Shown in pieces: positions 9,182 through 18,009 of a DNA stretch of 64,000 nt; position 1 is the first letter of the stretch, and each line of letters opens with the position of its first letter. The stretch is from contig JAEYZH010000024.1 in assembly GCA_023430685.1 (NCBI GenBank), forward strand, positions 1,372 to 65,371, written 5' to 3'. The stretch is from Pseudomonadota bacterium. Lineage in GTDB: Bacteria; Pseudomonadota; Gammaproteobacteria; Xanthomonadales; Rhodanobacteraceae. Both the position numbers and the translations under genes were made by a program. Below the pieces are notes generated by a model. The model ran no database searches, had not been told where the DNA came from, and saw nothing but the letters and a program-made list of their open reading frames with translations.

Positions 9182-12100
9182 CTAATGAGTCGCCCGCGAA
9201 CGCGCATCCACGTCTGCTGCGAGTTCTGCACGCTCCGCGTATAGCGCTTCGAGTTCGATCCGCTTCTCGCGCGCGCTGAGCTCGCGGTCGTTCGCGACCG
9301 CCTTGATCCGCTGGTTGATCTTCTGCATGCGCTTGTTCGCGCCGGCGTAGATCGGCCGCTTCGCCAGGTCCGGATGGTCTGCCAGGTCTTCCTCGCGCGC
9401 GGTGTTTCCGGTCTTGCGAGCGTGGTTGTATGCCGCGTAGGTCTCTTCGACGTCGCCGAGGACATCATAGAAGCGCGCGACATACTTGTCCGAGTTCGCG
9501 TCGGCATTCTTCACGAAGTCGCCGGCGACGAAGACATTGTCGATCTTGGTGAGATCTCGGCGCGGGTTCGACGGCAATCCCATCGCATCTCGCAACATCA
9601 GGTCCGAGACGTTCATTGCCTGCATGCCGAGCCAGCCGAAGTAGCCCCGCACGATGTGGTCGACCTTCTTGGGTGAGACGTTCGCGACGCGACCGATCGC
9701 GACCGCGCCGGCCGTCGTGGTCGGGCCCACGCGATCCTGCGCCGGCAACCGCTCGTCGCCCATCGAATCGATCGGCGCCTGGCGGAAGGTGTCGTAGTTC
9801 GCCCATGCCTCGATCAACGGCTTCACGGCCTGCGGCACCGGGTTCATCGACAGCTGGTCGCCGAGGATGTTGGCCAGCGTGTGCGCGAAGTCCTTGGCGC
9901 GATAGTCGTCGCCGCCGACCGCCAGCTCCGTCATGCGCTCGACGACGGAGCCCATCGCCCCGACCTCGAACGGCTTCGGGATGAACAGCATCTTGTCGCC
10001 GAGCTTCACGCACCAGTAGGTGTCGCGCGCCCAGTCCGGCAGCGCCTTGTAGTCGTCGTCATCGCGCTGCAGCAGGTAGCTCAGTGCCGACGCGATTGCG
10101 ACGGCGCCGGCGACGGCAGCGAACCGTGCAGGGTTTGCGGCCGCGCCCTTGCCGAGCTTGTACGTGCCTTGGATGCGCGCATTGAGAAACGGCACGACGG
10201 CCGTCAGGAAGCGCACCGAGGCCCACTTCCCGCCCATCGTGAAGTCCATCAGGTCGCGTGCCTCGTAGCTCGCTTCGAGGTGCGTCGCGCCACGCGCGCG
10301 GGCACGCTCGTAGACCGCCGATCGGTTGATGGTTTCGGAGCGGTCGCCGACGTCGTTCCACCAGTCCCACGCCGCGCGTAGCGCGTTCTTCGCGCGTTCG
10401 GGCGTACCGAGGATCTGGGCGTCGTCGATGCCCATCTCGATCAACCGGTGCGCGTTCCGCGCCTGCTGGCCATCGTTGAGGCTGCCGAACCGAATCTTCC
10501 CGCCACCAGCGAGCATGCGCGCCGCGGTGGCGGACCCCTTCTTGGTCGCCTTCCAGCCGTTCATCATGTTGCGCAGCGGGTTGAACCCGGCGTCGTCCGA
10601 CACGGCGAGGACGGAAATGCTGTCGCGCAGGAGGTTGCGAATCCGGAAGCTGGGCGAGATCGTCACACCGGTCGTGAGCGCGTGCCGGAACCAGCGCATC
10701 GCATCCATCGCGCGGCCCTTGATGCCGCCGAAGTGCAGCGCCGTCAGCGCGTCCAGCACGAGCGGGTCGTCGACCAGGTAGTGCACCTGCTGCCCATGGT
10801 CCATGACCCAGACGCTGCCCTTCTCGGCCGAACCGATCTTCCGCGCGATACCCGTGTTCTCGGCGGCCGCGAGCGCCTTCGTCGCAGCCATGTTGCGCAT
10901 GCTGCTGGTCATCAGCATCGACCAGTTCGCCAGCGTGTTGGCGAGCAGATCCCGCAGTGGGTCCTTGCCGCCCTTCAGCGCCTTGAAGGCCTGCTGCTTC
11001 ACCAGCCCTCCGCCGACGCGCGCCGGCGAGAAGTCGGGGTTGTCCTCGGCAATGCGGTAGAACGGAACGTAGAACTCGTGCTCCCACGCTTTGCGTGACG
11101 ATGGGTCGATCAGTCCGGCTTCCTCCGCGATGTCGAGCACCGCCTTCTGGTATCGGCGGAATGCCGTGTGCGCCTTCAGGTACACCGTTCCACGGTCGCG
11201 GCCGTCGGCCATCGTCCCTTGGTTGAGAGATTTCAGTTCGGCGATTTGCTTGTCGGTGAAGTGCCGTTCGCGCCCCTCGCCCTTCAGGCGCTCGGCGCGA
11301 TTTCCGGCAACCCACGCGAGGAACAGGTCGTGCTCGCCCGCGAGGTCCGACAGGATCCCGCGCAGGCCTTGGCCATCGACGTCGACATCCAGCGCGCCGT
11401 CCGACAGCTTCGGTGTGCCATACAGAAACGCCGCCTCGAGCGCGCCGTCGGTGCCGCGCGACAGGCGCGCCTGCATGTATCCGGTGAAGTCGAGGTCCTT
11501 CAGCGGCGCGAACTGGTCGACAATGCCCTGCGTGATTCGCAGGCTTGCTCGATCCATGATCTCGCGGAAGCGGTCGCGGAGGTTCGTGATCCGCGGCGAG
11601 GCGCCAATGCTGCGCAGCGCGTCGACCTGCCCCTTCGAGAGGTGCGGCGCCGGCGCCGCGAAGCTGAAGGCCGTCGAGTTGTCGCCCGGGAGACGAACCT
11701 TGCCGTCGACCACGGCACGTCGGGCTTGACGCAGCACGTGGGCGAGATCGGCATCGGTGAGCTTCGCCAGCTTCGCGAATCCGTGCTCGCGCAACCATGC
11801 CTTGATCGCACCGATGTACTCGCGGATGCGCTGGCGAACCCCCGGCGGCCCGTTCTGCGCAAGATGCGCGGCGAGCTCGTCGAGCAGAATCGCGTTCTTC
11901 TGCGCCGCGGTCAGGTCCGCGCGCCCGAGCACGCCGCTTTCGTAGACCGAGAGGTCGATGCCATGCTTCTTGGCGTAGCGCCGAATGCCATCGATGCCGC
12001 CCATGCCCGTCGCGATTCGCTCGAGCGCTGCCGGCAGATCCTTCCCGAACACCAAGCGCATGCCCTGGTGGCCCCAGGACTCGTGGAAGATCGCTCGCTC

Positions 12101-15100
12101 GATGCCGAGCTCCGTGGCAAGATCGGGATGGCTTCGAACCAGCCAGAGACGGCCGTCATGCCACGCCGCGACTACATCGCTGCCATCCGAGCCCTGCTCG
12201 CGCGCCTCGGCTTGAAGCGCTTGCGGAAGCTCCCCGAAGGATTCGACCGCTTCAACACGCGGAGCGTTCTTCCACCCGGCGGTTGTCCGTTCGACGACCG
12301 CGTCGAGATCCACTTCGCTCGCCGTCGGGACTGATTCGGCGCGCGTCGAGCGCGACAGGAATGGCCGATCGGCGACGGTGCGCTGACCGCTGCCAGCAAC
12401 CGAGGTTGCCTTGTTCCCATCGAGGTGGATGACGTCCAGCGCGCGGATATCGCCGTCGCTCAGCAAGCGCGCGATGTTGCGGCCGGCCTCGACGTTGCGC
12501 GACACCACGATGGCTGCTGCAGCATTCGCTTCCGTCACCTGCCTCATCACATGGGCGGCGCCGGTGTCGATGTCGCCGGTGCGCAACTTGGCCATCTCCG
12601 CTTCATCAAGCGGTAGGAAGCCGACGGGCCGATGTCGGTTGTCGAGCAGCAGCACGCCAGATTCTTGGCGCTCTCGCGCGTAGCGCAGAGCATCCTGCGG
12701 GTCTGTGATCGCGGCGCGATCGTTCGGCGGCACGCGCCGCAGCGCACGCTCTTGGATTGGCACGTCTACATTGCGACGGCTGGCCGTCACGCCATCGACT
12801 ACCGTGCTCCCGTCTTCGGGGCGGAACAGCGACGCCCGTCGGTTGCCGGGCGCGACGACGATCATGCCGTGCGTCTCGATGCCAGAGCCATCCATCAGGT
12901 TGCGAAGAAGGCTCGTGATGGCTTTGTCGGCGGCGCTTTGCTCGATGACGCCCGAAGGGTGGTTGTGCGCGAACCACACGTGGCGAGCGCCAGGCACCTG
13001 CGCGACAGCGCCGAACACAGTGCCGGGGGCCACGGATGAGCCGTCGATGGTTCCGACGCTATGCCGAATGACCGCCAGAGGGCGGCTGCTCGCGTCGGCG
13101 ACGACGGCGAGCATTTGCTCCTGCGGCGACTTGCGCAGCGGCGCGATGATGTGCGCGACGTCCTGCCAGCCGGAGATGCGCTCGATCCCTGCCCGGAAGG
13201 ATCCGGTCGTTACTAGGCGGGCGTTTTGCGCAAGCGTCGCAGCTTTGCGGCGGAGAGGGATGGTGCCGACGGCGGGCGAGGCGAAGAGGTCGAGCTGACC
13301 AGATACCTCGCCTCGGGCTCCCCGTCGAGCTTGTGCACGCGTCGGATCGGCAACGCTTCCACGTTCCGACTCAGGCGATAGCGGGCGGGTTTCTCCATAG
13401 GTCGCGGCGTTCTCTCGAACTTCTCCGAGATCGATTACTTCTGGCTCTCGAACGGATTCACCAGCTTCGGCTCGCTCGTCTTGAGTTCGTTCCCGGCCAT
13501 CACTGCCAGGCCGATCAGCGCCCGGTCGAGCCTCTGCAGCAGGGCGTCCCCCTGCAGTGAAGAGCGATCCGCTCGTTCGGATTCGGTTGTCGTCTGCATT
13601 GATTCGCTCCACCTCGCCGATCGCGCGGCGAGTCACGTCCTCGGCGCTCGCCGGCGACCGACCAAACATATCACCGTTCTGCGCTGCCTGTTGCTCGGCA
13701 GCCACGGCGCGCGCCGCCTCGCGCAAGCCCGTCGCCATGCGCGAAACCGACCGCGCATTCGCGCCGAACATTCGTGCCCACTGGTCGCCGGAAGTGTCGC
13801 GCGCGATCAGGTCTCCCTGAGCGAGGAACGCTTCGATGCGCTGCCCGGACTCGCGTGCGGCACGGAGTACGTCGAAGGCAGCTGCGATGCGCGACGGATA
13901 GTCACCGAGCGACCCGGTGCGATCCACCTTCGCCCACTCTGGCGCCGCACGCACGAGCGCGCTGAGCACGTTGCGGGCATCGGGGTCCGCGTCCTCTGCC
14001 ATCGCGGCGATCATCCGGTCGCTGCCGTAGGCGCGCGCGAACACGGCCGCTCGGAGGCGGTCGAAGAACGTCTTGTTGGGCCGCCCCTCGCCATCGACCA
14101 GTTTCGCCGCTTCGTTGGCGCCGAGGTTCCGGAGGAACGCGCGATAGAACGGCGAGGCCGGGTTGGTCGACAGGTCACCGGCATCCGTTACCGGCAGTTC
14201 GTCGAGATCAGGGAGCGCTCGCGCATCCGTCCGCGCCTGCTCGGTCGGAGAGAGCCCGAGGTTCGTCGAGGCATTGGACTCGGCGCCCATGTCGCCGACG
14301 TTGTGCTCGGCGTCGTAGAGCCGGATCAGCACCGGGTTGCGCTTGCCGGCGATCGCTTCCGCGCTGACGCCGTGCAGCGCGGCGTCGTCGATCAGACCCT
14401 GCCGATACGACTCGGCCGTGCCACGCTTCCAGGCGCCCTGCAGGCCGGCCACGCGCCCATTGTTGAGCGCGCGCAGTCGAGCCTTCGCGTAATGGGCGTT
14501 CGCCGTGCCGTCCGCAGAGTGCGACGCCGCGACATCGTCGGCTTCGACCACGGCATACCGGACGGGAATGCGGCGACCGGTCGACGGCATCACGACGTGG
14601 TCCTCGCGTCCGAGGTCGGCTTCCGGCACGGCGCGCGCGGACTCGGCGGCCGAAACCATCGGTGCGCCGGAGTTCGGGTCGCGCGAAAACGACAGGCGCT
14701 GCGCATCCGGCGCGCCCGCGATGCCCTGCATCTGCGCCACGCTCGCGGCGCGGGACCGGTCGCGGTTCTGGAGCGTCAGTCCGCCGTCGGCTTCCGCTGC
14801 ACGCCCTGCAGCGCCCGGGTCTGCACCAGGCAATCCGCTGACATCTCCACCACCCGACCGCGCGGCGGCTCCGGCGTTGCTTCCGTCGCTTCCGGGCGCG
14901 GGACCACCTTGTCCGGTCCGCGCCAATGTGGTTGCTGCTCGATCATTGTTGGCTCCTTGCTGTGGTTGCTGTGCACGCCACGCCTCGAAATCGCGCCGCG
15001 CCTTGTTTCGCAGGATGACGCCACCGCCACGCTGCACGAGAACACCGCCGACGCCGGCCGCCCGAAGCGCCTTGCGCACGCGTGAAACGTCGCCTGGGAT

Positions 15101-17992
15101 GAATACCCCATCACCGTCGACACGCGCCTTGGCCAGCGTCTTTGCGTGCTCCCGTGGTACAATTGCGCCGGAGGTAGGACCAATGGAACTTGATCCGCGC
15201 AACGCCGATCCGCGCTCGCTTCCGCCGGGCACCGAATGGTTCGATGACTGGGACGCCGGCTTGATCGCGCTGCTCCCGCCAGGCACCTCGCCCCGCATGC
15301 TGGCCTTCGAAGACGGTACGTCCCGTGCGATCTTCCGCGACTCGCCGCTCGGCAAGGCTGTCGGCTCCACTCGCGAACTGACGTCGCCGGTGGAAATAGA
15401 GCGCGCCATCGTTGAAGCAGGCTTCCCTGCGACAACGTCGGCCCAAGCTGCGGCGTAGATCTCCCGCATCCGGGCTACCAACTCGGCGTTTTTTGCCTGT
15501 TCCGCCGGCGTCAGCGCGCGGTCCTCTCGCGCAGCCTTTGCGCGGATTGCGCGCTGTTCCTCGTAGAGCTTGTGCCCCGCGTCCTTCGCGCGAAGCATCT
15601 CCGGCGTGTTGATCTGCAGTTCGACCGTGTGCCCGTCGACCCTGACGTTCATATTCACGTCGCGGTAACCGCCATCGATCCCGTCCACAGACGGGTCAAG
15701 CGTGTTGCGGAACTTCGTCGGCTTCCCGAACCGGCGCTCGACAGCCGCAATCACGGCCGGCACCTGGTCGAGGCGATCGACGACGAGCGTGCCGCGAACC
15801 AGATCCTTCAACTTCGTCGGGTCATAGGTGCCGTCCTCGATGTTCCGGTAATCGGACAGCGTTTTCTCGCCGGCACGCTTCACACCCTTCAGCGGCGCGA
15901 GCATCGGCCGCTTGGAGAGGCCGAGTTCGCGAGCGATTCCCGCAACGCCACGTTCGAACGCTGGGCGCGCGGCTTCCGCGCTCTCGTAGTGCGCGCGCAG
16001 ACCGCTGCGCGTGGCGTCGTCCAGATCGGCATGCGCGTCGAGCTCGGCACCCCAGTCAGCGCGCGGCGCTTCCTTCTTCGTGTTGCCGCTCGACAGCCAT
16101 TCGCGGAACTGCCGCATGTCGCCGAACCGGCTCACCGATCCGAGGCCCTGCCATCCTTCCTCGTAGTTCGCGGCGTACCCCTCGCGCGCGTCCGTCTCGG
16201 TCGGGAAGCCGATCATGACCTTGTGCTCGTCGAACTTTCCGGTCTTGGGATCGACCTGGTTCACTACGAACACGGGGAGGTCGGCGACGTCGTCGGCGTT
16301 CGCCTCGGGGCCGAGGAACGTGTCGACGTGATCCTTGTCCTTCCCGACGGTGCCGCGGATGTATCCGTAGTGGTGCTGCAGTGGCTCCCATTCTTCGCGG
16401 CGGCGCGATCCAGCTGGGTTCTCGATGCTGATGTCGAGACCACCGATGCGCATGTGCCCCTTGCGATAGTTGCCCGCCTCTTTCTGCGCCGGCGTCGGCT
16501 CAGGGAGGTCGTTCTTCGGCGAGGTCGCCGCGGCGTGCGCGGCCGCTTCGAACTGCGACTCAGCGTCCTGGCCAGCCATCCACCACGGCGGCGCGTCGTC
16601 GTCGCGCTGCTGCGCGAGGTCTGGCTGTTCCTGCGAGTTCTCGCGGCGCGAAACCGCGCGCTCGACATCCGGCGTCAGGCCCAACTCGGCCTTGCGCTGC
16701 GCGTCCGCTTCCATTGCAGCGGTGAGGCCGAAGCGTTGCGACGGCGTAGTCGCTGCGCCGGACGGCGACACCTCGATGATTTGCGCAGGCAGCGCCAGCA
16801 CGGGAGGCTGCGCGGCTTGACCTGCATTCGGTTGCTGCTGGTCGTCCCAGACGACGCCGTCTTCTTCGCCAGCACGGTTGAGGATGTCGCGCACGCGATC
16901 GCGCGGCTCGACACCGCCATTGGATGCGCGCGGCGCGCGCGCGCGCTCGGGTGCGCCAGGCAGTGGCGCTTCCGGACGCGGGCCCAGCGCGGCTCCCATG
17001 CCGGCGCCGAGCAGCGCGGATACCGGCGCTTGGCGCGGATCGAACAGCGGTCGATCGAGCTTGTCCGGCAGGGCCTCATTGACCAGCCCGACCTGAGCCG
17101 AGTCGGCGACGACGTTCGAGCCAGCGCCCTGCAGCGCGCGCGCGATCGCAGACCCTGGCGCACTGATCGGCGCGGCGTTCACCAGCGCATTTGCGCCGAA
17201 CTCGGTCGCGGCAGCCGTCAGGGCATCGCCGGAGTCGCCGCCGGCGCGCAGAACGTCGATGCCTGTACGAGCACCCATCGCTGCGCCGGGTACGAGCGAG
17301 GCCTTCGCCGAATGCTCGAGCGCACTCGCCAAGCCGCTCCGCACTGCTTCACCAGCGGTCGCTGCACCACGCATTGCGGCCGGCGCGGCGCTTACGCCGC
17401 CGGTGAGATACATGGCGCCGATGTCGGGAATCATGCGCGTACCGGCGAACGCAAGCCGCTCGCCAAGGTCCGCGTCCTGTCGCGGCTGCAACGCGGTGTC
17501 CGCGTCGAACGCGCGGTCGACCATGTTGCGCATCCAGAAGTCGGTGGCTGCGCTGTCGCCGCGCACGAAGTCTGCGGCCGCGGCAACCGGCGCTCCGGCG
17601 AGCAGGTTCGCCGTGCCAGCCGTGCCGTGCATCCACGATCGAGGTCCCCGAACCACTGGGTTGTCGACGATGGCCTCGGCGACGGGGTTGTCGAACAGAT
17701 GGGCGAACGGATCCGCCCCTTCCATCATCGAACGCAGGCCCGGCGCGCGCGGCGCGGGCGACGACGCTTGGGTGCCGTCCACAGGCTGCGGAAGCGGCAC
17801 TTCACCCGAGGCCTGCGCCGCGGTGATCGCGGTCGACATGCCGCCGGCACGCACGTTCCCGAAGTCCGGAGCGGCATCGTCCCACTGGATCGCATCAGCG
17901 GAGATTGCTGGCGCGTCGTCCCACTGGATACCGCCCGCGGCTTGCGGCGCGTCGTCCCAGACGATGCTGTTCGGGTCAAACGGGTTGGGCAT
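9182..17992 (-). CDS. Giant (2,936 aa) polyvalent virion/ejection protein: pyrophosphatase-like + RelA/SpoT-like + ParB-like + RadC/JAB modules and a large C-terminal region
   Basis: One uninterrupted ORF starting at ATG 17992 after AAGGAAGG. Motifs: NYRKGH..IENPAGSRR..YGYIRGTVGKDKDHVDTFLG (aa ~505-640); DLVRGTLVV, GYRDVNMNV, VELQINTPEM, HKLYEE (aa ~655-830); ALNNGRVAGL (aa ~1075-1230); HNHPSG..SAADK (aa ~1590-1720). It is the last gene of the virion module. Confidence 0.9.
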   Translation of the reverse strand: MPNPFDPNSIVWDDAPQAAGGIQWDDAPAISADAIQWDDAAPDFGNVRAGGMSTAITAAQASGEVPLPQPVDGTQASSPAPRAPGLRSMMEGADPFAHLFDNPVAEAIVDNPVVRGPRSWMHGTAGTANLLAGAPVAAAADFVRGDSAATDFWMRNMVDRAFDADTALQPRQDADLGERLAFAGTRMIPDIGAMYLTGGVSAAPAAMRGAATAGEAVRSGLASALEHSAKASLVPGAAMGARTGIDVLRAGGDSGDALTAAATEFGANALVNAAPISAPGSAIARALQGAGSNVVADSAQVGLVNEALPDKLDRPLFDPRQAPVSALLGAGMGAALGPRPEAPLPGAPERARAPRASNGGVEPRDRVRDILNRAGEEDGVVWDDQQQPNAGQAAQPPVLALPAQIIEVSPSGAATTPSQRFGLTAAMEADAQRKAELGLTPDVERAVSRRENSQEQPDLAQQRDDDAPPWWMAGQDAESQFEAAAHAAATSPKNDLPEPTPAQKEAGNYRKGHMRIGGLDISIENPAGSRRREEWEPLQHHYGYIRGTVGKDKDHVDTFLGPEANADDVADLPVFVVNQVDPKTGKFDEHKVMIGFPTETDAREGYAANYEEGWQGLGSVSRFGDMRQFREWLSSGNTKKEAPRADWGAELDAHADLDDATRSGLRAHYESAEAARPAFERGVAGIARELGLSKRPMLAPLKGVKRAGEKTLSDYRNIEDGTYDPTKLKDLVRGTLVVDRLDQVPAVIAAVERRFGKPTKFRNTLDPSVDGIDGGYRDVNMNVRVDGHTVELQINTPEMLRAKDAGHKLYEEQRAIRAKAAREDRALTPAEQAKNAELVARMREIYAAAWADVVAGKPASTMARSISTGDVSSRVEPTALPSGESRKIARDVPSSKASMRGEVPGGSSAIKPASQSSNHSVPGGSERGSALRGSSSIGPTSGAIVPREHAKTLAKARVDGDGVFIPGDVSRVRKALRAAGVGGVLVQRGGGVILRNKARRDFEAWRAQQPQQGANNDRAATTLARTGQGGPAPGSDGSNAGAAARSGGGDVSGLPGADPGAAGRAAEADGGLTLQNRDRSRAASVAQMQGIAGAPDAQRLSFSRDPNSGAPMVSAAESARAVPEADLGREDHVVMPSTGRRIPVRYAVVEADDVAASHSADGTANAHYAKARLRALNNGRVAGLQGAWKRGTAESYRQGLIDDAALHGVSAEAIAGKRNPVLIRLYDAEHNVGDMGAESNASTNLGLSPTEQARTDARALPDLDELPVTDAGDLSTNPASPFYRAFLRNLGANEAAKLVDGEGRPNKTFFDRLRAAVFARAYGSDRMIAAMAEDADPDARNVLSALVRAAPEWAKVDRTGSLGDYPSRIAAAFDVLRAARESGQRIEAFLAQGDLIARDTSGDQWARMFGANARSVSRMATGLREAARAVAAEQQAAQNGDMFGRSPASAEDVTRRAIGEVERINADDNRIRTSGSLFTAGGRPAAEARPGADRPGSDGRERTQDERAEAGESVREPEVIDLGEVRENAATYGETRPLSPESERGSVADPTRAQARRGARGEVSGQLDLFASPAVGTIPLRRKAATLAQNARLVTTGSFRAGIERISGWQDVAHIIAPLRKSPQEQMLAVVADASSRPLAVIRHSVGTIDGSSVAPGTVFGAVAQVPGARHVWFAHNHPSGVIEQSAADKAITSLLRNLMDGSGIETHGMIVVAPGNRRASLFRPEDGSTVVDGVTASRRNVDVPIQERALRRVPPNDRAAITDPQDALRYARERQESGVLLLDNRHRPVGFLPLDEAEMAKLRTGDIDTGAAHVMRQVTEANAAAAIVVSRNVEAGRNIARLLSDGDIRALDVIHLDGNKATSVAGSGQRTVADRPFLSRSTRAESVPTASEVDLDAVVERTTAGWKNAPRVEAVESFGELPQALQAEAREQGSDGSDVVAAWHDGRLWLVRSHPDLATELGIERAIFHESWGHQGMRLVFGKDLPAALERIATGMGGIDGIRRYAKKHGIDLSVYESGVLGRADLTAAQKNAILLDELAAHLAQNGPPGVRQRIREYIGAIKAWLREHGFAKLAKLTDADLAHVLRQARRAVVDGKVRLPGDNSTAFSFAAPAPHLSKGQVDALRSIGASPRITNLRDRFREIMDRASLRITQGIVDQFAPLKDLDFTGYMQARLSRGTDGALEAAFLYGTPKLSDGALDVDVDGQGLRGILSDLAGEHDLFLAWVAGNRAERLKGEGRERHFTDKQIAELKSLNQGTMADGRDRGTVYLKAHTAFRRYQKAVLDIAEEAGLIDPSSRKAWEHEFYVPFYRIAEDNPDFSPARVGGGLVKQQAFKALKGGKDPLRDLLANTLANWSMLMTSSMRNMAATKALAAAENTGIARKIGSAEKGSVWVMDHGQQVHYLVDDPLVLDALTALHFGGIKGRAMDAMRWFRHALTTGVTISPSFRIRNLLRDSISVLAVSDDAGFNPLRNMMNGWKATKKGSATAARMLAGGGKIRFGSLNDGQQARNAHRLIEMGIDDAQILGTPERAKNALRAAWDWWNDVGDRSETINRSAVYERARARGATHLEASYEARDLMDFTMGGKWASVRFLTAVVPFLNARIQGTYKLGKGAAANPARFAAVAGAVAIASALSYLLQRDDDDYKALPDWARDTYWCVKLGDKMLFIPKPFEVGAMGSVVERMTELAVGGDDYRAKDFAHTLANILGDQLSMNPVPQAVKPLIEAWANYDTFRQAPIDSMGDERLPAQDRVGPTTTAGAVAIGRVANVSPKKVDHIVRGYFGWLGMQAMNVSDLMLRDAMGLPSNPRRDLTKIDNVFVAGDFVKNADANSDKYVARFYDVLGDVEETYAAYNHARKTGNTAREEDLADHPDLAKRPIYAGANKRMQKINQRIKAVANDRELSAREKRIELEALYAERAELAADVDARSRATH

Positions 17993-18009
17993 CTCGCCTT
18001 CCTTGGCGG

